Origin: Selaginella moellendorffii
Taxonomy: Eukaryota > Plantae > Lycopodiophyta
Length of the DNA: 64,000 nt
Direction: 5' to 3'
Assembly: GCF_000143415.4 (NCBI RefSeq)
Contig: NW_003314300.1
Span: forward strand, 594,825-658,824
Below are positions 12,637 through 25,744 of the stretch, piece after piece. Below the pieces are notes generated by a model. The model was given only the letters and a program-made list of their open reading frames with translations. It was not told where the DNA came from and ran no database searches. How positions within the stretch are numbered: position 1 is the first letter of the stretch; the number at the start of each line of letters is the position of its first letter. Position numbers and translations under genes: made by a program.

Positions 12637-13300
12637 GACTCGAACTCAAACTCGGACTCAGACTCGGACTCGGGCTCGAACTTAGACTTGGCCTCGGACT
12701 CGGGCTCGGCCTCAGCCTCGGCCTCGGCCTCGGTCTCGGCCTCGGTCTCAGCCCTGATCTCGGTCTCGGTCCCGGTCTTAGTCCCGGTCTCGGTCTCGGC
12801 CCCAATCTCGGTCTCGACCTCAGACTCCATCTCGGGTCCTTCTCGGACTCCATCTCGAACTCCATCTCGGACTCTGTCTCGGTCCATCTTGGACTCCATC
12901 TTGGGTCCATCTCAGACTCCATCTTGGGTCCATCTCGGGCTCCATCTCAGACTCCATCTCGGACTCCATCTCGGATCCACCTCAGACTCCAACTTAGGTC
13001 CATCTCGGACTCCATCTCAAACTCCATCTCGGGTCCACCTCGGACTCCAACTTGGGTCCATCTCAGACTCCATCTCGGATCCACCTCGGACTCCAACTCG
13101 GGTCCATCTCAGACTCCATCTCGGGTCCACCTCGGACTCCAACTTGGGTCCATCTCAGACTCCATCTCGGATCCACCTCGGACTCCAACTCGGGTCCATC
13201 TCAGACTCCATCTCGGATCCACCTCGGACTCCAACTCGGGTCCATCTCGGACTCCATCTCGGATCCACCTCGGACTCCAACTTGGGTACATCTTGGACTC
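12637..13300. repeat. 6-mer (CTCGGA/CTCGGT) and 12-mer (CTCCATCTCGGA-type) tandem array in family-C LTR
   Basis: Directly visible periodic array. Confidence 0.95.
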
Positions 13301-16300
13301 CTCCACGTGTCATGTGTTGGTCTTTGTGTGTCCCTTTTCTAGAGACTCACTTATTGCTTACTTCGTGCTTGTTCTTCGAGCACTTCGTTGGGAGTTCCAC
13401 TCCCGCTCTCGACCTTTCAAGTTGGAGCTTTTAGTCCAAATGTGTTACACTCGTTTGGCTTTCGCTTTGGCCACTACCACATGGCACCCTTTCGGCTCCA
13501 CTTTTGGGCGTAGAGATTTGTGTCTCACAACTCCACCACCCCTAGACGAAATTCGATATCCTCATCAAACGATAAACCCTTTTATAAAGTAACACCCGCA
13601 TGTATTACCATTTCCATCCTTGGCGCCCAACCAATATTTGTCTATGGTTTGACACCGAAGGTTCACCATGCCTTGTCCATCCTCTAAGGAGCATAGTCTC
13701 TCAGAGACTCATTTGACCACCTAGGGTGGTTTGCTCCCTTTTATTGGTTCAGTTCTCGCTAAACCCATTAGAGACTCTCTCTCTAACTCAATTCCACTAC
13801 TCATTTTCGAGTAATCTTAGATTCCTTTGACATAACCTTTGCACTTTGGAACTTTTAATTTTGATTTCTTAGAGTCAATTTCCTAAGTGTCTTCGACACC
13901 TTACGTTGCACATGGTGCAACTCCACTTCCCCATCCTAGAAAGTTCTTTACTTGAGGGCACCATCAGTCTCTCTTCGATATCGTGCCACCTTTGGCACTA
14001 AGTTCCAGTTATCATAATTTGTTGTAGGGCTGCCCACGGCCCTATTATTTGGCTATCTTACCACTCCCCCCTTTGGAGCTTCCACTTTCGCCAAATCGGA
14101 GCGGTTGGGAATCCATTCTTGGGGAAACATTGCTTTTCCCATAATTCGTTAGCACCCAACACATCAATGTTCCTGGCCTAACTTTGCCATTTGGATTCTT
14201 TCCCATGATTCCCATGGCTCTTTTTTTAGCCACTAATCTTTTGCTCCTATCCTTGATCATTGCACCCAGCAACATAGAATCGCTACCTCCATTTTCAAGG
14301 TTTCCTTTCGGTTCTATAGCAAACACTTTGCTTTGCCAAGTCCAGAGGGTGTTCACCCCTTACGTCTCTTTAACATTTTCTGTTGTGGGCTCTATCCACG
14401 GCCCAACCTTTGAGACCCTCCATTGGATCTCTGATAAAGACTACTTTCCTCGAACTTTCTATGCCATCGCATTGACATAGCTCATTTCCCTTAGGTGTTG
14501 GTCACCTTGACCAAGCCACACCATTATCAATAGTTCAAATCAACACTTTTGAACTAGGAATTTTATCCCTTAACCTCACAAGGACTTTGTCCTTGTTTTA
14601 GCCATAAGACCACCTAGTGATCTAACCTTGGCACCTTAACAGGTTTGCCAATAGGTATTAGGTCTTCTAGACCTTTAAGTTGTTGACCATGACCTCGGGA
14701 GCATCCCCCACACTTGGCGGTGCACCCAAGCTAGCCCTTCCGGCCAAGGGTCCATGGCAACTAAGACTAGGTGTCCCCATCTCATTCACCATGTCCTTGG
14801 TGCCACTTGTACCAAAGTGTTCAAGTTAGATATGCCGAGCTTTCACGCTAAGCAATCTAACAGTGTATCACGACTTCGGGGCATCCCCCGCTTGGCGGTG
14901 TGCCCAAGCTAGTCTCCTTACTAAGAGTCCATGACCACCGAAAAATGAGTGTCCTCATATTCCAAACCATCACCTCACCCTAGTGATTTAGGACTTGAAC
15001 CCAAGCACTAGAGGGTCGGGACTCGAGCCCAACCTCCATATATGCATTTACGGACAGCATCGCCTAGGATGCCTAGCGTGACCCCCCACGCCGATGCACC
15101 AACTTATACTTAAAGCATGCTATAGATCACAGCTTAGGAACCTAGTTCCTCTGCACTGCCAAGTCCTCTCACTTGACAAGTCTATAATCATGCATGGACT
15201 CCTCCATGCTCGGCCCCATGGGCCACCTCTTTTGAAGTTAGCACCTTCAACTAGGGGATTTGTCCCCCTAACTTGCAAATTTCACTTAGCAAGTCATCCG
15301 GCCACTGTAACATGATTCATGCATAAGCGTGAAAGTCCTTAACCATCAACTTTCGTTCAAAGCCCTCTCTTTGAACACTCGGGGACTACTTCCCCAACCT
15401 TGATAGCCTCGCCTCATGGCCAGCTTCAAGACCACGCTTCTGTTGCGCCACTCTAATTTCGCACGCTCTAGGAACCATTTACACTTGGTTTTCTAAGTAC
15501 TTGTCTACCTAGAATTGTCTTTGGGAACCTTCAAAGAACTCTATTCCTTAGCTTGCTAAGGCTTCTCCTTTGCAAGCTCCCTACTCACCATATGGTCTGA
15601 CATGGATAATTCCACATTTTAGACTCTCTATGGTATCGCGATTGCTAATAACAACATCCTCGAGCACCCTCTTGATTCTCCACTCCCAATTTGCATAACC
15701 ACCATTGGTTATGCCCTTCAATTTCTATGGTTCAGTTCCATTCTAATACTACTTGCTTTTTGGCCTCATATGTTTCCTTTGGTTATTCTCCTCCAGACTA
15801 GGAGGATAGTTTTGCACCTTCTACCATGCCTTAGCAAGTATTCATAGGGATGAACCTACCTAATAGCTTAGGGAGTGGTTCCTCAATCTGGGCATGCTCA
15901 CCTTATAATCCCACACATTGGGATTAACGTTGTTACTTATGGGCCTCTATATGCCTATCACTAGCCTTGCCAAAATCCCATTTTTGGCTTTGTACAAATC
16001 GGGTAGACGGATTTCTCCCATCTCCAGAACCTTGGACATTTGGATAGCACCTCCTATCTATTATTCGCTAGGGACTTAGTCCTTTGGGCCTTATCTAATG
16101 CCCTCGCGACACTAAACACCACTTCCTGGTGTTTTAGAGTGTTTGGGTGTCCCAATGATGGCCTTCTTTGGCAATAAATATTCCCTTTATGACATTGACT
16201 TACTATTTCGCAACATAAGCAATTTCTCCCCCATAAGGGTATATCTAACTTCCTTATCCCCATAAAAAGTCTTAGGTAGTTGCCTTCTACCAGTTTAATG

Positions 16301-17409
16301 AATTATTTTGCACCTTTTGCTTAGTTGTCTCATAGTTGTCAAGTCCTACAACTCATTGCTGGTGCTTCCACACCTCCATCATTATTTGGGTCACCATACT
16401 CTAACTGCATGCCTTCCAGCTTAGGCTATGCCATTCCCATTTCCATTGGGATTCCTTTGGAAGGGGTTCTCATGAACCCGCCAACTTGACTTCAAGGCAA
16501 CACGTTTTGGCACATTCGGTGTTTCCACACCATCAGCTCCACGAGCCTACCTCTATAACACTTCTTACTTGTGTCTAAGTCTTTGCCAAAGATGAATACG
16601 GTTGTCTCTTATGCCAACTATCAGTTAGCACTGCACCATAGTGTTCATACACAACTTTATGCCAAAGTTGCTTTCTTTTGGGGAACACCTTTCCCACGAC
16701 TTTGGTATGGCACATTTTGCCATCGATGAGATACCCTCTGTTCTCATACTTGGATCCTATGATCCCCCCCCATCCTTCGTGGGGTACAACACACCTCAGT
16801 TCAAATGTTTCCATCAATCCTTTAGGATTATTCTTTAACTCTATTTGAGTTATCCAGCTTTTTGGATTTTGTCATTTGACGACCCGTGAGGTCCTACCTT
16901 TGAGGTGGCAGCTCATTGGAATACAACTTTTTATATTCAGGTCCTACTCATAAGGACCATCCTTGTAAGTGTTACTCCGACAGTTGATTTGTTCTCTTGG
17001 GGCAATCTTTTGCCCCTTATGACCACTTGTCCATGTGATGAGAATACCAACTCATCCTCTAAGTACACCCCCAACTCCTTGGGTTGTTCTAGCATTTATT
17101 AAAGGTAGCCCCAACTACCATTTCAAGGACTTGTGTCCTCTTCTGTATTTGACCTCCCACTGTCATCAATTTCGGTCTCAAATTTATGAGCACCAACCTT
17201 AACTATATGAGGGTAATCTTGTGACTCCTTTATTGTTTTGGAGTTTGCATCTTTCCCGTGATCCCAATTATAGTTGTTTACCACAACTACATCAGCCAGT
17301 TTGCTAAGTTAAATGCTCTTCTGGATCACATCCTTAACTCTCTGAGGAAACCCTTATATTGTTCCCAAGATCCCAAAGTCGTTCCCTTACTGGCTTTTTT
17401 CTATCCATC

Positions 17410-17993
17410 TGTAAGCTCCTAAATTTGGACTTCCTAGGAGGTCACCCAGCCCAGTACTATTCAAACCCAAGGACGCTTAACCCTAACTATCCCAAGACCT
17501 TTAACTGATTGGAAAAGGCTTGTTCATGGGCCCTTTCCCTTTATATTTGAACCCCATGGATCATCTTTCGAGTCGTTCCCTTTGGTTGCTTACAATCCAC
17601 CACGCTTCCCTGCAAGTTCACGCCCTCGTGAACAGAAGCTGAGAGTCGCAGCTCTCTCGAGAGCCTCGCTCTCTTGACACCCTACCCCTCGGGTCGAGCC
17701 CAGCAGGAGCAAATTGGACCAGCCAGATGTCAATCAACATGTGGTGTGATTCCCCTAGCCAACCAACAGAGTCGGACCCGAGACCTCTCTGATACCAAAT
17801 GTAACCTCCTGAGTTTGGACTTCCCGGGAGGTCACCCAACCCAGTACTATTCAAACCCAAAGACGCTTAACCCCAAATATCCCAAGACCCTTAACCGATT
17901 GGAAAAGGGGGTGCACTCTTGTTCATGGGCCCTTTCCCTCTATATTTGAGCCCCATGGATCGTCTCTCGAGTCATTCCCTTTGGTTGCTTACA
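17410..17993 (-). mobile_element. Cassandra-type TRIM with 5S rRNA-derived LTR segment (copy 1)
   Basis: LTRs 17410-17594 and 17800-17993; ~205-bp internal domain; minus-strand PBS TGGTATCAGAG; PPT GGGAAGCGTGGTGGAT; TSD CCATC/CCACC; 5S-like segment 17817-17871. Confidence 0.9.
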
Positions 17994-19159
17994 CCACCAC
18001 ATCGCGCCCAAGTTCACGCATGAACTTGAGTGGAGAGCCATGTCCTTTCGACATGCTACTCCTCAAGCATAGGCCCACTCCTAGGACCTTCTGATGCTAA
18101 TATCAATGGTGATATACTTGAGCACTAATAAAAGTTGGACTAAGGAATAGCTCCGATACCAAGTTGTAAGTGACTAAATTTTCCATTTTACTTTAGTTAC
18201 TTAACTACACCTCCGACCACTTGGAGGAGTCTCACTCACCACCTCCGTAAGTCCTATTTGGACTTAGGGACTTGCTAACCCCAAGAATGGCATCCATGCC
18301 ACTCAACCATTGCACTTGGTCCAAGTGCTCCATGTGTCCGATCCCATGACCGACACCCCAGGGTACCACTGACATATCAGCCCGTTACGCTAAGGCCATG
18401 CCCATTCACCTTGGTCACACCAATGGTCTGACACCACCTACACCACAGTCCCATCTCTCAAAGACTGGACCATCCGTCCATGAGTGATCATCCCAGATCC
18501 ACTCCTTAGCATCCTTAGGATGCCCGCAGACATGGGGAATAGCCTTCGCCAATATCCCTTTCCGGTCCCCACAAAGTCCCTTTCTGTCCATGGCCGTGTT
18601 CACCAACACTGCCACTAAATTGAGGCCCGCAAGTCTGGCCTCTAAGTCCCACTATCCTTTGGGACTTCCTCACCATGTGACCGTATCCTTGGTCACTGCA
18701 TTAGAGGATTGCTCCCCTCTTTTTTCACCATTTGGGACTTTGGGACAACATTTCGGAACACCATGGCCTTACGCGAGCCTCATGGGTACTCTCCCCACCT
18801 TTTGCCTTTGGGTGCTCTAGCCATGGCCTTAGAGCGAGGTTCCTTTGAGCCACACCAGGTATCCAAATAGGTAGTGCCACCCACACTTGGACTGGGAGCA
18901 TCGGCCAGTCGATCTCCCGGGGGAACTAGAGCAAACTCTTGAGCACTTCACCAAGCTACCTTGCTTGTCGGTCCGTGTTCACTTTAGTCTTGGACTTCCC
19001 AGTGGGCAGCTCATCACCGAACACTAGGTACAGCCTTTCTAGGCCAAACTAGCCTTTCCTGGCCAAACTGGCTCCACTGGAGTCCTCCCCCTTACTATAC
19101 TTTTGGAGCTCACCAAACCCCCCAGGGTCTGGGAGATGAACACTTTTGGCTTTCACCCT

Positions 19160-19745
19160 CTCAGACTCGAACTCGGACTCGGACTCGGACTCGGACTCGG
19201 ACTCGGACTTGAGCTTGGGCTCAGGCTTGGTCTTGGCCTCGGCCTCGGCCTTGGTCTCGGTCCCAATCTTGGTCTCGGTCTCGGTCTCGGTCCCGGTCTC
19301 GGTCCCAATCTTGGTCTTGGTCTCGGTCTCGGTCCCGGTCTCGGTCTCGGTCTCAGTCTCGATCTCGGTCTCGGTCTCAGTCCCGGTCTCGGTCTCGGTC
19401 CCGGTCTTAGTCTCGGTCTCGGTCTCGGACTCCATCTCGGGTCCTTCTCGGACTCCATCTCGGATTCCATCTCGGGTCCATCTCAAACTCCATCTCGGAC
19501 TCCGTCTCGGTCCATCTTGGACTCCATCTCGGACTCCATCTCGGGTCCATCTCGGACTCCATCTCGGATCCACCTCGGACTCTAACTCGGGTCCATCTCG
19601 GACTCCATCTCGGGTCCACCTCGGACTCCAACTCGGGTCCATCTCGGACTCCATCTCGGATCCACCTCGGACTCCAACTCGGGTCCATCTCGGACTCCAT
19701 CTCGGATCCACCTCGGACTTCAACTCAGGTCCATTTTGGACTCCT
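19160..19745. repeat. Same 6/12-mer array in the second family-C LTR
   Basis: Directly visible; unit numbers differ from the 12637 copy. Confidence 0.95.
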
Positions 19746-22700
19746 CCACGTGTCATGTGTTGGTCCTCGTGTGTCCCTTTTCTAAAGACTCACTTATTGC
19801 TTGTTTCATGCTTGTTCTTCGAGCACTTCGTTGGGAGTTCCACTCCCACTCTCGACCTTTCAAGTCGGAGCTTTTAGTCCAAACGTGTTACGCTCATTTG
19901 GCTTTTGCTTTGGCCACTACCACATGGCACCCTTTCGGCTCCACTTTGGGGCTTAGGGATTTGTGTCTCACAATTCTCAAATTGAAGAAGGAAAACAAGA
20001 AGAGGAAGAAAAAAGTTGAGGCAACTAAATCTAAGCAACAGAACTCCTCTTCAAGTTCTAAGGACGATGAAGTTCTGCAACCGTCCCTGGTTGCACAAGT
20101 TTCAAAGTTCAAGCCCCCGAATCCACCCAATTTCAAAGGCATGCAAGACTATTAGATTTGGAAGACTGGGTCTATGATATGGAAAACTATTTCATAATAG
20201 CAGACGTAGATGATCGTACGAAAGTTGCGTGCATGCAATCCTTTCTCAGCAATCATGCCAAAACTTGGTGGCGCCAGATGTGTGCTGAAAATGGGCAGAC
20301 TAGAAGTTGGACTAAGATGCGGTCTCGTATTCGTAAGGAGTACTTGCCAAATGATCTTGGTCTGAGACTTTGTGTGGAGTTGCAGCGATTAAAGCAGTGA
20401 GGGGACCTCATGCATTACATTAATGTGTTTGCTCAGAAGCGCATTATGATTGCAAATATGAGTGACAAAGATGCTCAGAGTTATTTTTTGGAGGGTTTAA
20501 GTTCACTTCTCGCAATGAGATTTTGAAGTTTAAGCCGAAGATATACCTGGAGTGTAAGGAGGCAGCGTAGCAAGTTCTCTAATCACTCACTCATGGAACA
20601 ATATCAACAGCCGTATGATGGTACCTCGGACAAGAATAAGAATTCTGGGAATAAACAAGGTGATCGGAAATAGAGGGTGGAAGGAAGGTTCCACCCTGGA
20701 GGCTCACAAGCAATAGTTAACAAAGGTGGTGGTGGTTGGAGACCATCAACAGCTTCTTTTGGTCCTATGCCCTCTGTTCCTCCTCCTAGTGGGTACAAGC
20801 AGCAGCAACTTGCGAAACCTGCTTCTAGCGGAATGGGTAGTGTGGGTCATTGCTTCCATTGTGGAGAGTCAGGACATATGTCCTTGGAATGTCCCAACAC
20901 GCATAAGACAAGGTCTTGTGTTAATGTCATGAGGGAAGATGATGGTGGTGAAGTTGAAGGGGTTGATAAGTTGGTCAATGCAAAGTATAAGGAAGAGGAG
21001 GTGAGTTACTTTTGTTACTTTCCTCAAACCTTTCTCACAATCAATGCAAACACTGATCCGTTGATGTATTTGGTAGGCTTTGTTTGTGGACACCGAATCC
21101 AAGTGATGATTGATATAGGAGCTACACACAACATGATATCCGAAAATTTAATTAAGTTGTTAGGATTGAATGCTGAGCAGATGTCGCCTATACACTTCTG
21201 ATTTGTGAAAGGTGGGCAAGTAGCCAGAAAATTTGTGAGTGATGTTCCAATAAAAATATCCAAGTGGAAAGAAAGAGTGGACTTAGTAATGTTGAAGATA
21301 CCATGTGTTTGGTATGGATTTCTTCAACAAATATATTAAAGGGATTTATGGTGCTGAACAAAGTCGTATCACATTGAAGTCAAAAGGACGTCCTAATGGT
21401 CTTTCTAGTTGCAAAAACACTCCTCAAAGGATTGGGATGCTAAATTCCTGATTGCGAGAGCCGCTCAAAAAGCAACTAAGAAGGGATGTTAGACATTTTG
21501 GGTTCAACTGATGGAAGATGAGGGTGTTGGTAACTTAGTTCGAATTGGTGGTGGGGTTGATCCTGTACCAAAGGAAATATTAGAGTTGTTGGCGAGGAAT
21601 TAGAATATCTTTTCAAAGGATTTGCCACCAAGGCTACTTCCTAGCCGTAAGGTTGATCATTGGATTGAGGTCATTTTGGGTTCTACACCACTTACTAAAG
21701 CTCCATATCGTCTGAACATCAAGGAGATGGCTGAACTTAAGAAGCAACTCATGGAGCTTCTTGACAAAAGTCATATCTAACCAAGCAAGTCACCTTATGC
21801 AGCACTGGTCCTTTTTGTTATAAAAAAGGATGGAACCATAAGGATGTGTATTGACTATCGGGCACTTAATAAGATCATGGTCAAAAATAATTATCCTTTA
21901 CCTCGCATTGATGACTTGTTTGATCAACTCTTAAAGGTTAAGTATTTTACATGGCTTGATTTGCAGTCCGGGTATTATCAGATATGGGTAGCAAATAAGG
22001 ATGTGGAGAAGACAGTCCTTAAGACTCAGTATGGGTCTTATGAGTTCCTTGTCATGCCGTTTGGGTTATGCAATGCTCTAGCAATGTTCAACACTATGAT
22101 GGATGGAATATTTAGAGATTATTTGGACACATTTGTTGTCTTATATATCGACGATGTTCTAGTCTTTAGTGAAACGTTGGAGGATCATTTGAAACACTTA
22201 GAGTTGGTGTTTCAAAAATTGCGTGAACACAAACTATATGCTAAGGAAAGTAAATGCGCTTTTGGACATTTGTGTGTGAACTTTCTTAGACATATAGTCG
22301 GTGATGGTGTAATTGAGGTGAATCCAAAAAAGGTGGAAGTGGTGAAATCTTGGGAAGTCCCGACCACTGTATCAGATGTTCATTTCTTTCTTGGTTTGGC
22401 GGAATACTATCGCAAGTTTGTCTGCAATTTTGCAAAAATTGCTCTTCCATTAACTAAGTTAATGAAGAGTAGTATACTGTTTCATTGGAGGTGTCCAGTT
22501 TGTCAGCATGCTTTTCTACAGTTGAAGAAGATCTTGACTACGGTTCCTATTCTCAGGATCCCAGATTTTGATAAACCCTTCAAAGTGCATTGTGGTGCAT
22601 CTAGCTATGCTATTTGGTGCTATGTTGCAGCAAAATTGTGACAAAGCAGTTAGTGTTACGCTAAGGCGACATGGTTGTCCTGTTATGTTCTATTCCAAGA

Positions 22701-24165
22701 AATTGGATGAAACCCAATAAAGATGGCCAACTCACAAGAAAGAGATATTTGCTATAGTGTCGGTATTGGAACACTAAAGACACTACTTGGGTGGACACAC
22801 TAAAGTTTATACAGATAGTAACACACTAATCTACTTTGCTATACAGCCTAAGCTTACGTTGAAGCAAGCTCGTTGGCAAGAGAAGCTTGCTAGATATGAT
22901 ATTGAAATCATATATAAACCTGGTAAAAACAATATTGTTCTGGATGCGTTGAGTCGTCAGGCTCAGTTCTGGGCAATATCGGCAATCAGTTCAGACTGGT
23001 TAAAGGGCGTTCGGGCTTCATATGGAAGTGATCCATTGGCAAAGGCAATCTTGCACAGTGTGGAGTTGTCGAGGCAGAACTCTGTAGCGACACGGCGAAA
23101 GTTGTTAGTCGAACCAATGTGAAACTTCACTTCTCAATTTGGGATAGGCTTATATTCTATAAGTAGGAAAGATTGTATCTTCCCTTTAAGGATCTATAGT
23201 AGTTGTTTCTGTGGGAACATCATGATGTTCCAGCAGCGGGACATGGTGGAAAACACAAGACTCTTGCTTCATTGAAAAAGGGATTTTTTCGGTTTGGTAT
23301 GGAAGGTGATGTTGCGGATTATGTTCATTCCTGCCCTATATGCTAGCAATGTAAGAGTAGAATTGAGAAGCAAGCTAGAAAGTTGCAATGCATTCCTGCA
23401 CCAGCATGGCCATTTCAGAGTGTGACACTTGATTTCGTCACTTGCTTGCCGAAATTTAAGGGTTATGATACTTTGATGGTGGTTATGGATCGGTTGTCAA
23501 AGATTGCACTTTTCATTCCAATTGTGGGAATAGTGAATTCAAAACAAGAAGCGAAACTCTTTTTCCATGAAGTAGTGCAGGTTTGTGGTCTTCCTGAAGA
23601 GATGATCTTGGATAGAGATTCGAGGTTTACGGGGAAGTTTTGGGGCACACTGTTCCAACTATTTGGTACCAAATTGAAGTTTAGTACAGCTTATCATCTT
23701 CAAACTAATGGGCAAACCAAACGTATGAATGCTCAAGTTGAGGATTTGCAGTACTATGTCGTGGCAAACCAATGCAATTGGGTTGAGCATTTGGATACAG
23801 CAAAAATTTGTTATAACAACACATTTCACAGCACTATTGGCTGTTCTCCATGGGAAATGCTGCAAGGGAATGCTTGTGGGGTGCCTTAACAAATTGTTAT
23901 ACTGAAACCAATGTCCAAAGTGTTGGTCCCAGCTATTGAGACTTATGCAAAGTAGCTACGCCAAGGTTGGCCTAGAGCTACTAAGGCGATGGGCAAAGCT
24001 CATGATAGGTATTGACATGATAAGGATTAACATCGTCGAGATGTGTCATATCAAGTGGGAGATCAAGTGTGGCTATCTTCCCGGAACTTGAACATTAAGG
24101 GATCTTTGTCTCAAAAACTGTTACCGAGATATGTTGGACCCTATCAGGTATTGAAATGAATTAGT

Positions 24166-24572
24166 TGTGAGACACAAAATCCCTAGGCCCCAAAGTGGAG
24201 CTGGAAGGGCGCCATGTGGTAGTGGCCGAAGCGAAAGCCAAACGAGCGTAACACGTTTGGACTAAAAGCTCCGACTTGAAAGGTCGAGAGCGGGAGTGGA
24301 ACTCCCAACAAAGTGCTCGAGGAATGAGCACGAAGTGAGCCATAAGCGAGGCTCTAAAAAGGGACCCGAGATGGAGTCTGAGATGGACCCGAGATGGAGT
24401 CCGAGATGGACCCGAAGTGGAGTCCGATATGGAGTCCGAGATGGACCTGAAGTGAAGTCCGATATGGAGTCCGAGATGGACCCGAGATGGAGTCTGAGAT
24501 GGACCCGAGATGGAGTCCGAGATGGACCCGAGATGGAGTCTGAGATGGAGTCCGAGATGGAACCGAGACCGG

Positions 24573-24609
<37 letters not shown>

Positions 24610-25744
24610 TCCGAGTCCGAATCCAGGACCGAGACCGAGTCCGAGTCCGAGTCCGAATACTAATACAGGCAGTTGGGTGAAAGCCCAAAGCGATCGTCCC
24701 CCAGGGGGGGGGGGGGGGGGGGCTCCCGGGTGTTCCAAAAATATAATAAGGAAAATGTGGGGGTTGGACCCCCATGGAACCCGTTTGGCCCGGAAAGGCN
24801 NNNNNNNNNNNNNNNNNNNNNNNNNNNNNNNNNNNNNNNNNNNNNNNNNNNNNNNNNNNNNNNNNNNNNNNNNNNNNNNNNNNNNNNNNNNNNNNNNNNN
24901 NNNNNNNNNNNNNNNNNNNNNNNNNNNNNNNNNNNNNNNNNNNNNNNNNNNNNNNNNNNNNNNNNNNNNNNNNNNNNNNNNNNNNNNNNNNNNNNNNNNN
25001 NNNNNNNNNNNNNNNNNNNNNNNNNNNNNNNNNNNNNNNNNNNNNNNNNNNNNNNNNNNNNNNNNNNNNNNNNNNNNNNNNNNNNNNNNNNNNNNNNNNN
25101 NNNNNNNNNNAGGAATATCACAGCCATTGCCCTCGCGTAAGGCCACGGTGTTCCGAAATGTTGTCCCAAAGGCCCAGACTGTGGAAAGGAAGAGGAGCAG
25201 TCCTCTAGGGTAGTGACCAAGGGCACAGTCGTGTGGTGAGGAAGTCCCAGAGGACCGTGGGACTTAGTGGTCGGGCCTGTGGGCCTCGATCCAGGGGCAG
25301 TGTTGGCGAACACGGCCATGGACGAAAAGGGACTTAGTGGGGACTAGAACGGAGATATTGGGAAGGCTAATCCCCATGTCGGTGGGCATCCTAAAGATGC
25401 TAAGGAGTGGATCTGGGATGATCACTCATGAATGGATGGCCCAGTCTTTGAGTGATGAGACTGGGATGCAGGTGGTGTCAGACCATCGTTGTGACCAAGG
25501 TGAATGGGCATGGCCTTAGCGTAACAGGCTGATATGTTGGTGGTGCCTTGGGGTGTCGGTCATTGGACCGGACACGTGGAGCACTTGGACCAAGTGCAAA
25601 GGTTGAGTGGCATAGAGGCCATTCTCGGGGCTAGCAAGCCCCAAGTCCTGAGAGGGACTTATGGAGGTTGTGAATGAGACTCCTCCAAGTGGTCGGAGGT
25701 GCGGTTAAGTGACTAAAGTAGAATGGAAAAATTAGTCACTTACA
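24166..25744 (+). mobile_element. Family-C solo LTR (contains assembly gap 24800-25110)
   Basis: TGTGAGACAC...GTCACTTACA; perfect TSD TTAGT (24161-24165, 25745-25749); the paralogous empty site at 9447-9451 has one TTAGT. Confidence 0.88.
24800..25110. other. Assembly gap (~311 N)
   Basis: N run; size fits the missing LTR portion. Confidence 0.95.

Larger units (their letters stand above)
11594..19972 (-). mobile_element. Non-autonomous LTR retrotransposon, family C, nested in family-B gag
   Basis: LTRs 18165-19972 and 11594-13529 (TG...CA). Minus-strand PBS TGGTATCGGAGC at 18150-18161. Purine-rich GGGTGGTGGAGT next to 13529. Internal region has no intact ORF. Degenerate TSD GTTTT/ATTCT. 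Confidence 0.88.

Noticed and set aside
12637-13300. CRISPR-like periodicity
   Set aside because: No unique spacers, no cas genes, eukaryotic context.
12441-13592. Long overlapping ORFs (LGLGLG, ESESET, RPRPRP), also at 19049-19877 and 24161-25319
   Set aside because: Stop-free by-products of 6/12-mer tandem repeats and N gaps inside LTRs.
17817-17871. 5S rRNA gene
   Set aside because: Only ~55 nt of the internal region; the 5' part and terminal stem are missing and it sits within LTRs.
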